Positions 23,520 to 38,012 are shown, counted from the stretch's first letter. The stretch is 64,000 nt of DNA from Octopus sinensis (GCF_006345805.1 NC_043026.1:7130001-7194000), one strand, 5' to 3'. Notes: generated by a model not told the origin, from the letters alone. Translations and numbers: made by a program.

Positions 23520-24062
23520 AGTCCCATGAAGACATGAGATGCCGTGGTGAAGCATGACCTTTGAATTATGGGCCTCACAGAGGCAATGAGAAGAGGTGGG
23601 GACCTTTGGAGATATGCTCTGATTGAGAAGACCCGGCAAGTAAAGTGAGACTGCAGCCGTAGCCTATACCAGTGTTGCATGATCAGCTCATTTAAAAGTA
23701 CCCTTGAAGCATCGAGTGATATGATATGCTTGAGAAGACCTGTTGAGTGAAGTTAAATTGAAATCGTAGCCGTGGCTAGTGCCACCTGACTGGCTTCTGT
23801 GCCAGTGGGATGTAAAATGCACCATCCGAACATGGTTGATGCCAGTGTTGCCTGACTGGCTTCCATGCTGATGGCATGTAAAAATCACCCACTACACTCT
23901 TGAAGTGGTTGGTGTTAGGAAGGGCATACAACAGTAGAAACATTGCCAGATGAGCTCAGAGCCTGGTGCAGCCCACTGGCTTGCCAGACCTCAGGTCAAA
24001 CTGTCCAACTCATGCCAACATGGAAAGCGGACGTTAAATAATGATGATAATGATGATGATGA
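23520..24062 (+). mobile_element. RTE LINE 3' fragment (ORF end, UTR and tail)
   Basis: VVKHDL..MGLTEAM..GDLWRYALIEKT, then the family UTR and (GAT)n. Confidence 0.8.
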
Positions 24063-24080
24063 TATATATATATATATATT

Positions 24081-24457
24081 CTAGCAGTATTGCCCAGCGT
24101 TGCTTGGGTTTGTTTCAACCCTTTAGAATTGGAATTTTTGAAAAGTAAAAATTTTGCATTATGTAGCTTGTTATTCTCTTTAAGTGAACATTTTTCTGGT
24201 TGAAATACACCGGAAAATGGCGACACTGCAGTAAAAAAATCGTAAAAATAGGGATTTTCATAGAAAAAAAGCACCTTTTTGATGTAAATAATTTTTGGTG
24301 TTAACATGGTCCGATTTGAAATTTTTCTTCTACGGAAGGAAGAGCAAACCTTCTTCTATCATACTCTCAATTTTGGTCAGGGTCTCGGAGGAGATAGTGT
24401 TAGTTGAAGGCTACCAAACCTGTCACACACAGACAACTTCAGCTTTATAGATAAAGA
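24081..24457 (-). mobile_element. Non-autonomous Helitron, apparently complete
   Basis: Minus strand starts TCTTTATCTATAAA and ends with the hairpin CCCAAGCAACGCTGGG followed by ACTGCTAG. Confidence 0.75.
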
Positions 24458-26407
24458 TATATATACATATATGTATGTATGTATATATATATATGTATGT
24501 ATGTATGTATGTGTGTATAAATATATATGTGTGAGTGTGTGTGTGTGTGTGTATAAATATATATATATATGCACATATTTATACACGTCTGTACATGTAT
24601 CCACGGTGATGGTGTTGTCTACATGTGCAACAATGCTTATACAATGGTACCCCACCCCCACCCGCCAGTCTGTCTATCTGCTCCACCCCTCTTCACATAT
24701 TGTCACATCTACCCTAATTTCTCTCTGACTCTCAAACATCTGCTGACTTACATTCAGGGTGGATCTGGTTAGTGTGACGATAGGGGTGGGGGAAGGTTTG
24801 AGTAACACCTCCCCCTCCCCCCATCACACCAGATCCAGCCTCTGCTCTCTCTCTCTCTCTCTCTCTCTCTCTTTATGTTCATTGTTGTTGTTTAACACCA
24901 GGGTGCCCCACCCCCCACCAGATGGAGCTGGCCTATATATTGTGATTAAATGGGGGTTCTAATTGTGACCACCTTGACTTTTTTTGTAAATCAGGGTAAA
25001 CCGGAGGCTTCCTTGCTTGAATCAATGTGTCCTTCCCTTATCAGAGAAGTACACTGAGAGTTTAGTGGAGGTGGTGGTGATGGTGATGAGGTGGTGGTGA
25101 TGGTGATGGTGGAGGTGGTGGTGATGGTGGAGGTGGTGGTGATAGTGGTGGAGGCAATGGTGGTGGTGGTGGCTTTTATCATGAAATTTTACCCTTTTTA
25201 AAAACTCTTTATTTAAGCCAAAAAGAGGGAGAGATATAGAGAAACAGAGATAGATAAAGAGAGAGGGGGAAGTGTGAGAGGGAGGGAAAGAAAAAGTGAC
25301 AAAGAAAGGAAGTGAGAGAGAGTGATATGGAAAGGGAGAAAGAGAGGGAGAAAGAAAAAAGGAGAGAGAGAAAGAGAGTGATGGAGAGAGAGGGAAGAGG
25401 GAGAAACAGAGAGAAAAAGAGAAAGAACCTCTACATGGTCAATCAATCTGCTAGAAATGATAGTTAAATCTCCCTTGAATCACAGTCCACTGGTTTAAAA
25501 AAAATACACCTAGATGGAATTATTATGAATGGGAAGCCTACGGATATAGGTCTGCCAGATGAAGGCTGGCCTGGGGCTAAACAGCAACAACTAGAACAAC
25601 AATAGCCCTGCACTTTTGGATGACTGAGCATTGACACAGATTTTTAAGGGGGGGCAGCAGAAGGCAGGGGGTGGAGTCGGAGGGAAGGGATGTTGCTTGC
25701 CAAGAAGCCGGGCGGGGGTGGGGGTAATTGCTGTGGTTGTGTTTGATGACATGTATTTCTGACACTGCCATCAACACCATCAACAACAACAACAACAACA
25801 ACACCATGACCACCACCACTGCCATGGACAACAGCATCAGCCCTCTTCTTACCCTGTAACACAAGAAAACTGTCGCAACCACCACCACCACAACCAGGAC
25901 TATCACAAGCACCATCATCATCACCACCACCACCACCACCACCATCGCTACTATTACTACCACCACACAAGCTGTTCTTCCAGCCCCTCACAACCCCTTT
26001 AAACCTCTCCCCTGCCCTCTTGGAACCCCCATGAATGTGTTAAGTAAGAGCAGGGGCTAGGTGGGTGGCAGTGGAGGTGGTGGTAGTGGTGTTGTTAATG
26101 ATGTTGATGATGATGACAATGATGATGACAACGATGGTGGTGGTGGCTGTGGCTGTGATGGTGAAGGTGGTAGTGGTGGTGGCAGTGGTGGTAGGGATGA
26201 TGGTGGTGGTAGTGGTGGTGGTTGTGGTCATAGTAGTGACGATGGTGGTGATGGTGGTGATGGTAGGGGTGGCTGTCTTTCATTTCCGTTGCCACTCATG
26301 AATGCGTAACAATATTTCACTTCATTGTTCCCGCCAAATTGTGTGTAATGCGACAGTCATACACACACTTTTCTGTGTGTGTGTGTGTCCATCAATCCCT
26401 CCATGCA

Positions 26408-26440
<33 letters not shown>

Positions 26441-27136
26441 AAGCATCATTTCTCTTTTATTTACTTCAGTCATTAGACTGCAGCCATGCTGGAGCAACAC
26501 ATCTGTAGTGTAATGGGGGTGTCTCGCGGCCTCATTTAAGTGTTTTGAAGGGTTCAGCTAATGCCTGGGGCTGAAGCATTTTCTGTGCCTTAAGAGATGA
26601 CCTTAAAGATGTGTGAGTAGAGTGTATACACATACATATATTTATACATACATACATACATACATATACACCTACATATATGCATATGTATAGGTATACA
26701 CACATACACACACATATAGAGAGAGAGTGCCACCACCACTAACACCTTCACCATCACCACCATCACAGCCACTACCACCACCGTCACCATCGTCATCATC
26801 GTCAACATCACTAACAACACACCCACCTCCACTGCCAACCACCTAGCACCTGCTCTTACTTAACGCATTCATGGGAGTTCCATGGGGGCAGGGGAGAAAT
26901 TTGAAGAATCAAGGTGTAGGAAGCTAGTAAGCTTCAAGCAATCCGTAGAAGATGTTAAAAACAACTTTAGGAACAAAAGTGGTTTATTAGTGCAGAAAGT
27001 TGAGAATTTTTCCAAAGTACAATAAGCAGGAAAAAGTTAATCTACTTCACAGTTAGCAACAGGGGTTGCTGTGTTTGCATCCCAAAATTAGTGAATGGAG
27101 TGAAAGGATCCAGACTACATATGTTTCATAGCTAGT

Positions 27137-27296
27137 AGAATATTGGAAGCAGTGAATTATCCAAACGAGGGGGTAGACCACAAGGTACTGTTCAAGCCAA
27201 GGGTTCCTTGATGATATGAAGCTTACACTGTCGTTGGCCTGAAGAGCAACTTACGGTCTACCCCTCATTTGGATAATTTACTACTTCCGAGACTCC
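27137..27296. mobile_element. Foldback/MITE-like element with ~55-bp imperfect inverted arms
   Basis: GGAAGCAGTGAATTATCCAAACGAGGGGGTAGACC versus GGTCTACCCCTCATTTGGATAATTTACTACTTCC, with further inner pairing. Confidence 0.7.
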
Positions 27297-27690
27297 GCAT
27301 GCATGCATGCATACATGTATGTATGTATGTATGGATGGATGGATGGATGGATGGATGGATGCATGCATGCATGCATGCATGTCTGTGTGCTTTATATATG
27401 TATGTATGTGCGTATGTCATTGTTCTGTTTCATTTCAAGATTTCTTGCCAATAAAGAACTGGTTTCTAACCTAAATCCAAGGCTCCTTCATTGGAATTTC
27501 AACATCAACAACAGGGTATTTTTGTATGTATATATGTATGTATGTATGCATGTATGTATGTATGCATGTATGTATGTATGTAAGCATGTATGTATGTATG
27601 TATGTATGTATGTATGCATGTATGTATGCATATACACACAGACACATGTATACATATGAAAGTGTATGTATGTGTATGTATGTGTATGTA

Positions 27691-27724
<34 letters not shown>

Positions 27725-28267
27725 GTGCATATGTATGTATATGTGTACATACACACATGCTATGCTATGCATACAATGTCATGCCCCACTTTAAAACAAT
27801 AGCCATCTCTATGCAACCTACTTCTCCTAAGTAGATTGTTTACTAAACTAGGTTTGATCCTCTCTCATTCCCCATTGTTCGTATATACGATAACTGCAAC
27901 TTGATTTCAGGCAATTCCATGATTTCATTGCTCTCTTATACACAGGCGGCACAGATGTGGCTTTTCAGCCCTCCCAGGGACCTACACTCCTTTGTGTAGA
28001 TGTGGGCAACGATGGGTGCCTCTCACAGCAGGTGTTTAGATAGTTTATCATTCATCCATATATGCTGACACATACCGTTATTTCAGTACCCACGCAGTGT
28101 TTTGGAATGAGATCCATCGAGGCCCTAAGCACTTAAAAGATTTTGGTGCCCTCATATATATCTGTAATTCAAAATCTAAACAATAATAGGTCATAGAATA
28201 AATTTTTATTTTCCGTAATTACACAAAACTAACGAAAAGATGAGAAATAATATTTATTTTTCTATAT

Positions 28268-28983
<716 letters not shown>

Positions 28984-29668
28984 TTTATTTAGATTTGAAG
29001 AAGCTTTCTCCTACTTTTTTTGTAATTACAACATCTTCAATCCAATCCTCACTATGACACCATGAACACCTTGAAATTATATTTTCTAAAATATTTTAGC
29101 AGAATATTTTATCCAAAGTTCTGGGAGGGGAGGATTGTATGCAGAAGGGCTAAATTCAGACCCATAGAGCCTCTAACCACTTAAAAGAATTTGGTGCCCC
29201 TATATATCTGTAATTCAAAATATAAAAAATAATAAACCATAAAATAATATTTTTTATTCTTCAAAATGAGACCAAACTAACATTAAGATGGAAAATAATG
29301 TTTATTTTCGTATTCTTCCATTTTATTTAGATTTGAAGAAGTTTTCTCTGACTTTTTTTTTAATTGCAAAGTCTTTGATCAGATCCTCAAAATTAATCTA
29401 ATGTAACACATCTGCTTCTATCCTTAGCAAAGGTAAGGCATCCTAAATATTATTCCAGGTATATTAAAGTGATTTATTTTTGTCTCCTTGATGCTCTAAG
29501 CATCTACTTATTTTCTTTAAGAAGGAAAATAATCAGCAGAAGACATGAGAGAAGGAGACCTCAATGGGGTCACTGTATATGCTGGAAATAACAGCTTAAA
29601 TTTCCTTCAATCCACACCCTTCCAACTGCTTCTAATGTGCATCTACCCAAATGTAGATGTGTGTTTAA

Positions 29669-29889
29669 CCCTTTCGATGCCAACCTGGCTGAAACCACTT
29701 CTGGCTCTGAGTACAAATGTCTTGTTTTCATAAGTTCTCAATTAAAATCTTCCACCAAACCTTAGTCACAATTTATGATCCTAACACTAGCTTAACAATA
29801 ACGAAGTTATTTTACTAAATTCTTTCTTATATTTAAAATTAATTGAAAGAAACACAGAGCATCTCAACAGAAATATGGTAACAAAAGGG
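29669..29889. mobile_element. piggyBac-like MITE, 221 bp
   Basis: TTAA at 29665-68 and 29890-93. TIRs CCCTTTCGATGCCA and TGGTAACAAAAGGG match at 11 of 14 positions. Confidence 0.8.
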
Positions 29890-30193
29890 TTAATGGTTAA
29901 TCCAGTGTTTGAACCTGCCATCAGCCATTAGGGATCTACCATATTTTGAACATCTTGCTTCCCTGGGTATGGACACATTAAAACTCTGACACTTAACACC
30001 TGACTTGGTAAACCCCCAAGTTATATATGTAGGTGCAGAAGTGGCTGTGTGGTAAGAAGCTTGCTTACCAATGACATGGTTCCAGGTTCAGTCCCACTGT
30101 GTGAAACCTTGGGCAAGTGTCTTCAACTATAGCCCCAGGCTGACCAAAGCCTTGTGAGTGGATTTGGTAGAAGAAAACTGAAAGGAATCCATC

Positions 30194-30240
<47 letters not shown>

Positions 30241-30933
30241 CAATTGCAGCGTGGAAGGTGTTTATAAGCCATTTAAGAAACACACAAAAACTGTTAGATT
30301 CACTTCAACATTTAAATTTTAATTAGTGTCAAAATATTTTCAGCACTTTGAGACTGTGAGCTGTTCACTGACAAAATTCCATGTTCTTATTAATGCCGAT
30401 TCCCATTATTGTCACTTGAAAACCATCACACATACTTTCAGAAACAGTCATGAGCTTAGAGTGTCTTCTTCGTCATAAGCGGAATCGGTGGATCCAAAAT
30501 CCTGAATTCCTCCTTTTGTGGTGCTAGGCCATTTGTTTTAGGTCACTTCCTGATGGTGAATAATGCTATGGTGACCTTTCGCATGAAATCTTCTCACAGT
30601 CTTCGGTCAGGTTGGACATTAGAGGGAGACTCTTGACCTAATATCCTGCGATGGGACTCCACTACAGAGTACTTGGCTGTACTTTTGACCAAACTCTCAT
30701 GCCAATACTTATGTCCACACACACACACTTGTACACACACACATATACACACACCTGCACAAACATGCATACACACACACCTGTATGCATACACCCATAT
30801 GGACATACATGTATGCATACGCATATGATTAAATGGGCAAGTGTCTTCTACCATAGCATCGGGCCGACCAAAGCCTTGTGAGTGGATTTAGTAGACTGAA
30901 ACTGAAAGAAGCCTGTCGTACACACACACACAC

Positions 30934-31024
<91 letters not shown>

Positions 31025-31928
31025 TGTGTGTGTGTTTTCTTCCCACCAATGCTGATGTGTTAACGTCCCTGTAAACTAGCAGTTCAGCAAAAGAGATCGA
31101 TAGAATAAGTACTAGGCTTACAAAGAATAAGTTCTTGGGTCGATTTGCTCCAGCATGGCCACAGTGAAATGACTAAAGCAAATATAAAAAAAAGATTTTG
31201 TGAAAATATAATGGTCACCTAGGCTCAGTTTGAATGTCCAATTGTGTTTCGTATTTTGTTTTTCGTTCTATCCATATTTTTTTAATAGTTTTATTTAAGT
31301 TTTTCACTCTGAGTGTAAAGCGCATTTTTTGAACCAATTGTTCGTTTTTATATTATTTGATATTCTGGTTCTTTGTAAATGAATTTATCACTTACACGAG
31401 AAGTGTTCTACATTATAACCCAGTTTCTTGTGGAGACAAGTAGCAAAGTACGATTACCAACATGTGTTCTAATTGAAAGAAGCAAAATGGGCAGTCAACA
31501 AAACAAGGCACCTTTTGACGAGACAAATCTGTACATTTTGTTCTCACCTGCAAAGAATCGGTGCACGATTGGTCGAGATGACCGTACTGAATAATAAGGG
31601 ATCCTGCGAATTCCATTTTCTTTCTCTCACATTTTCATCATCATCATTTAATGTCCGCTTTCCATGCTGGCATGGATTAAACAGTTCCTGTCTGATTTAG
31701 CATGGTTTTCTATGGTTGGATGCCCTTCCTAATGCCTACCACTCCGAGAGTGTAATGGGTGCTTTTTACATGCCATTGGCAGGGACACTATTTGCATGGC
31801 ACTGGCAATGGCCACCACTAGTCTTGGCAGCTCTTCAGACAGTCAGCTCCTGTCAAACTGTCCAACCCATTCCAACATGGAAAGCAGATGTTAAACGTTG
31901 ATGAACACACACACACACACACACGCAG

Positions 31929-32001
<73 letters not shown>

Positions 32002-32398
32002 AGAACACAAAAGCAGTGAGAAATGAGATCTCATAGATCTTATAACTCAGTTTGCTCTGTCACACTATTTAGGGCGTACATTCTTCCCCCCCACCCTATG
32101 ATATTCCCTCACACCTGCTCCCACTTGACCAGTGTCACTGGTCCTCTAAGACCACTCATGTTTCATAATATGTGTCATTCTTGAAAAGAAGAGGACGGTT
32201 TGGTGCTTTGTTTGTTTTCTTTCTTTCTTTCTTTCTTTTTGTTTTCTGTTATGAAGCACCAAAGTCATTGAGAGAGAGAGAGAGAGCGAGAGAGAATTCT
32301 TGGAACTGTGTTGATTTTGTGGAACTGCTGTGTGGTAACCAGGGTAACGTGGTATTCATAGTAACATCTTGACATTGTCGGAGGTCATCACCACCACC

Positions 32399-32432
<34 letters not shown>

Positions 32433-32745
32433 TCATCAGTATCATTGCCAACATCATTACTATCATCATCATTATCATCATCATCGTCGTCCTCCTCCTC
32501 CTAATCATCATCATTATCATCGTCATCATGATCATGATCATGTCCATCATCATCATCATAATCTATGGAAGGAAGAGCAAGCCTTCTATCATACTCTCCT
32601 TGTTCCGTATTGGCTCAGGTCAGATGTCTCTGCAGGATCTGTGAAGGGTGGATTGACAGGATTGCATGAGGATTATATAAGCCATAAAAATTCAGGAAGT
32701 ACAAGAGGCGAATATATTCGTTTAACCGTGTTTCATCCTTAAGGT

Positions 32746-32790
32746 TACAGCTGTTTCGATGCAAACAAAGAAAGCTAGCTCATCAGATCA
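32746..32790 (-). ncRNA. Degenerate minimal hammerhead-ribozyme-like motif
   Basis: Minus strand reads CTGATGA-22 nt-GAAAC-AGCT-GTA with a palindromic helix III (ACAGCTGT). Helices I and II pair poorly. Confidence 0.3.
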
Positions 32791-34431
32791 ACTTGAGTTG
32801 CAGCTTTGATGTAATCATAATGTTCTGGGATCTGATGAGCTGGCTTTCTGTATCTGCACTGATCTGTAAATGCACAATCGTATTGTATAATGCAGAGCAT
32901 GCATATTAGTGCAGGCATCATCATCATCATTGTTTAATGTCTGTCTTCCATGCTGGCATATATATATATATATATATATATATAGAAAATAGTAAAAAGT
33001 GAAAAAACTACAGAAGGCTTGTTTTAAAAGGTTAAAAAATATATATTTGAGTCATTATGTCAGAAGAATGTTATAAATTTTTTTCATACAATGACATAAT
33101 TTTTGAAGAAATGACTGGTTTCGCGTTCAGCTTTTCAAATTTCTTACATCGTTATGTTTTCATTGAGAAGTGTAAAGAAGAGTTCCAGATAAGGGGAGGT
33201 AATAAGTGATTTCTTCCGGTGTAAGGGAGATAATCGCTTAATATATATATATAGTTGATAAAGGAAACGGAAGATGCATTTAGTACAAATCTTTGTACTA
33301 AATCCATCTTCTGTTTCCTTTATCAACTATGAACTCAACAAACACTGCGGATTTCTTAATGTAGATCCAGTGAAAATTATGTCATAATTGTGGATGACAT
33401 CAGGTTGCCCTAACAGTGAATGTGCTTTGCTTGATGTACAAATAGTCAAATAGTTACGTATATAAAGTTTTATGTCAAGTTGTACCAACATATTAACTTA
33501 GTATATGACGTATATATCCATGTGTGTGCATGTGCATATCTGTATACGCATGTATGTAGGTATGTGTGTGTGTTTGTGCAAGTGTGTGTGTGTGTGTGCG
33601 AGCGTGTGTGTGTGTGTGTGTGTATCTGTTTATGAAAGTGAATCAGAAAGAGAAATCCTGCCGAAATAACTGACTAAACAGTCAAAGATCTTGTTGAAAA
33701 GTAGAAATTCCTCCAAGATCTGTTTAGTTACCAATTCCGCAGAGGCTGGTTCGTTTAAGACACACGAGTTGGAGGGGGGGAGGGAGGAAGGAAGATGTGG
33801 GGGATGTTTAAAAAACATAAGGAACTGCCAAATCCAAAGAATATAATTCTTGCTTAAGCGTTAAGAGTGTGGGTCTATGTCAGTGTATGACGATATATAA
33901 ATATATATATATGTATGTATATATATATATATATATATATACAGAGAGAAAGAGGGAGGAAAGGTGCCACTGAGTTAATAATGGTGTATTTACACCTTTT
34001 ACCATAAGAAAGAATTTTCCATTATCTTCATCATCAGCAGCAGCAGCAGCAAAAGTAGCATATACATTTATACACACACACACACACCCACATATATATA
34101 TACACACATACACATATATACACACACATATACACACACGTATACACACATACACAGACATATACATACACATACTTATACACACACACATACATACATA
34201 CATGCACACACATACACACACACATATACACACACACACATATATACACACACACATATATATATACACACACATACACATATATACACACACACATATA
34301 TATACACACATACACATATACACACACACACATACACACACATATATATATATACACACATGTATACATACACATACTTATACACACACATACATGCACA
34401 CACACATACACACACATGCATACATACATAC

Positions 34432-34853
34432 AGGAGTAGTTGTGTGGTAAGAAGCTTGCTTCCCATCCATGTGGTTCCAGGTTCAGTCCTACTGCGTGGC
34501 ACCTTGGACAAATGTCTTCTACTGTAGTTGTAGATCGACCAAATTCTTGTGAGTGGATTTGGTAAACGGAAACTGAAAGAAGCCCGTTGTATATATGTGT
34601 GTGTGTGTGTCTGTGTGTATGTGTGTATTTGTGTGTGTGTTTCTCTTCCTCCTCACCACTACTACCACCACCACCACCACTTGAGAACTGGTGTTTACAC
34701 CTCCGTAACTTAGCAGCTTGGCAAAAGAGACCGATAGAATAAATATTAGGCTTTAAAAACAAAAGATAATCCTGGGGTTCGATTTGTTCTACTAAAACCC
34801 TTCAAGGCAGTGCTCCAGCGTGGCCACAGTCAAATGACTGAAAAAAGTAAAAG
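34432..34853 (+). mobile_element. tRNA-derived SINE, family A
   Basis: Head CAGGAGTAGTTGTGTGG...GGTTCAGTCC, family body and AGTAAAAGA tail. Confidence 0.85.
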
Positions 34854-35044
34854 AATATATATATAGTGTGTGTGTGTGTGTTGTGTTGTTGTTGTTGTTC
34901 TTTCCTCTGCTGCCATTCTTAGCATTTAATGGTAATTCTCCAGGAATTCTCCATTAAAACAGATGTCTTGCATTCCTCAGCCTGTTTCAATTACTCACCA
35001 ATACAGAGTGGCTCAAGTTTCCCTCCCCCCATGGTCCACCTCTC

Positions 35045-35600
35045 TTCCTACCACTCTGTCTACCTGTCTGTCTGTCTACCTATCAGTCTGTCTGTGTACC
35101 TGTCCGTCTGTTTCTCTTTTATTCTGTCTGTCTACCTGTGTCTGTTCGTCTCTTATTCTGTCTGTCTTTCTATCTGTCTACTTGTCTGTCTTTTATTCTC
35201 TCTGTCTGTCTACCTGTCTGTCTGTCTGTTTGTCTTTCTGTCTGTCTACCCGTCTGTCTCTTTCTCTCTTATTCTGACTGTCCACCTGTCCGTCTGCTTG
35301 TCCTTTATTCTCTTTGTGTACCTGTCTGTCTGTCTGTTTGTATTTCTGTCTGTCTACCTGTCCGCTGTTTCTCTCTCATTCTTTCTGTCTACCTATTCAC
35401 CTGTTTGTCTTTTATCTGTTTATCTACCTGTCTCTCTGTGAACCTGTCTGTCTACCTGTCTGTCTTTCTGTTTCTCTACCTGTGTCTGTTCGTATCTTAT
35501 TCTGTCTGTCTACTTGTCTCTCTGTCTTTTATTCTCTCTGTCTGTCTACCTGTCTGTCTGTTTGTCTACCTCTCTATCCTTCTATCTGCCCACCTCTCTT
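35045..35600. repeat. (TCTG)n-derived minisatellite with recurring TTATTCT..TGTCTGTCTACCTG blocks
   Basis: Directly visible pyrimidine-rich compound repeat. Confidence 0.85.
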
Positions 35601-35609
35601 ATCTCTGCC

Positions 35610-35940
35610 AGTGAAGGCATGTGGCCAAGTGGTTAGGATATTCAGCCCATGATCGTAAGATCACGAGTTCAATTCCTAGTGGTACACTGAGCCCTTAAGC
35701 AAGGCACTTCATTTCACATTACTCCAGTCCATGCAGCTGGCAAAAATAAATTGTACAAGTAATTCAAAGGGAACCAACCTTGTCACATTCTGTGTGACAC
35801 TGAATCTCCCTAAGAACAGCATCAGGGGTACATATGTCTTTGGAGTACTCAGCCACTTGCATGTTAAATGCCACGAGCTGGCTGTTCCATTGATCGGATC
35901 ACCTGGAACCCTCATTGTTGTGATTGACGGAGTGCCATTT
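35610..35940 (+). mobile_element. tRNA-derived SINE, family C
   Basis: Head GAAGGCATGTGGCCAAGTGGTTAGG...GAGTTCAATTCC. Related heads at 41783-41850, 62637-62745, 52800-52880 (-) and 56560-56630 (-). Confidence 0.75.
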
Positions 35941-36452
35941 GTTTTTGACCCACCTTTGTCTGTTTATCTGTATGTCAGTTTGTCAACATCTCTGTTCTTC
36001 TGTCTGTCCATCGGGCTGTTCACCTGTCTGTCTGTCTGTCTCTCTCTCTCTCTACCTGTCTATTTTATCCACCTACAGCCATACTGGAGCCCCTGTCCTC
36101 TGGGTCTGTCTTTTTCTCTTCTCCATTATAGCATTCCCTGAATATATTTTGTTCTTCTCCTTATTTCCATTGATTGACAATTTTGACGTTCTGACATGTC
36201 GCAAGTTATATTTCAAATTGTGGTGTTGTCTCAAACACACACACAAATACTCACACATGCACAAACGATAATAATGATGATGGTGATGATCATCATCACC
36301 ATCATCATCATCACCACCACCACCACCACTATCATCGTCGTTGTCATCGTCATAATCATTTTACATCTATTTCTCCATGCTGTCATGAGTTTGATGGTTT
36401 GACGGGAAACAGATGTTGAATGATAATGATGATGATGATATATATATATATA

Positions 36453-36750
36453 TCTATTATATAAAATCTGTTCTGTCTGTCTGTGTGTGGGGCTTCTAGG
36501 ATCTTGGGCATCCTCCATCCGATTGCGCTCAAATTTGATATGTAGATACCGACAGTATCAGGGCATGTATAAGTCTTGAAATAATTACAAAAATCGATTT
36601 CAGGTGAGAATGCGATTGATAAAGCCGTGGGAACGTGCATTTGTATGCACAAGTACATCAGCTGTTGCGATGTACTTACTGGTACTTTAAACTCTTCCGT
36701 TGCATATTTGTGTGAATAAAATCGTGTTTTTTTGGAATAGAAAAAAAGTC
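36453..36750 (+). mobile_element. Probable Helitron-like 5' fragment, followed by a SINE
   Basis: Starts TCTATTATATAAAA directly after an AT tract, as Helitron 5' ends do. No 3' hairpin was found. Confidence 0.4.
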
Positions 36751-36752
36751 TA

Positions 36753-37145
36753 GGCGCAGGAGTGGCTGTGTGGTAAGTAGCTTGCTAACCAACCACATGG
36801 TTCCGGGTTCAGTCCCACTGCGTGGCATCTTGGGCAAGTGTCTTCTGCTATAGCCCCGGGCCGACCAATGCCTTGTGAGTGGATTTGGTAGACGGAAACT
36901 GAAAGAAGGCTGTCGTATATATGTATATATATATATGTGTGTGTTTGTCCCCCTAGCATTGCTTGACAACCGATGCTGGTGTGTTTACGTCACCGTTACT
37001 TAGCGGTTTGGCAAAAAAGAGACCGATAGAATAAGTACTGGGCTTACAAAGAATAAGTCCCGGGGTCGAGTTACTCGACTAAAGGCGGTGCTCCAGCATG
37101 GCCACAGTCAAATGACTGAAACAAGTAAAAGAGTAAAAGAGAGTA
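36753..37145 (+). mobile_element. tRNA-derived SINE, family A, young full-length copy
   Basis: Head GGCGCAGGAGTGGCTGTGTGG with A and B boxes, and a GAGTAAAAGAGAGTA tail. Confidence 0.92.
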
Positions 37146-37294
37146 TTTCTTCTTTTGCTGGTGTCTCAAATTTAGGTTAAATCAGTGTTTCTCAAAGGGG
37201 AGGCCTATGGGACGGTCGGACAAATTGTTTTGAGAAAATTTGGTTTAAATGTTTGACAAGTCAGCACCGTCCATTGGACAGGGGGCGTTTTGCT

Positions 37295-37336
<42 letters not shown>

Positions 37337-38012
37337 TATATATACTTAGATACTTACATACTTAGATATTGACCCAGGCCTTGTCTAACTTAATAGTACT
37401 GCCTGGAAAAGATATCCAAATGTTGTTTCGTACCAGTAATTTTCGTGGGTTCACCATAACCGATTCGAGTAAATAGTTGTTTGCAGAGAAACATCTGGCT
37501 TTAGGGGGTTTCTCTAGCGTTTGTTGGAGATGTTTATCCAGGAACTATTTGAACAGAGGGGGTCGGGGGCAATTCTCTTCTGCTGCCATACAATGGCTTT
37601 TTGCGCAGTATCTCTTTCCTACTAAATTTCACTAAATTTCAGTCCGAAGAGGCTGGTCAGCACATAGGGCTTATTGTACAAGAGATTGCTGCTGCTACTA
37701 CTACTACTACTACTACTTTTACTCTTGCTACTACTAATACTACTATCACTGGAACCACCACCACCACCACCATCACAACTCCTCTCCTCCTCCTATTACT
37801 ACTACTGACTACATCCTTTGTTCCCCCCTCACTGCCACTATAGTGATGGTGGAGGTGCTGGTGGTGGTGCTGGTGACTGCCTCAATTGGCACTTCTCTCT
37901 TATGGTGCTGATAAAAGATAAGATGAGAATTTAGGTTATTATTCTCTGAGTGGGTTCACATCACAGCTCCATCTATGTTTATACATGTACAGACACACAC
38001 ACACACACGTGA

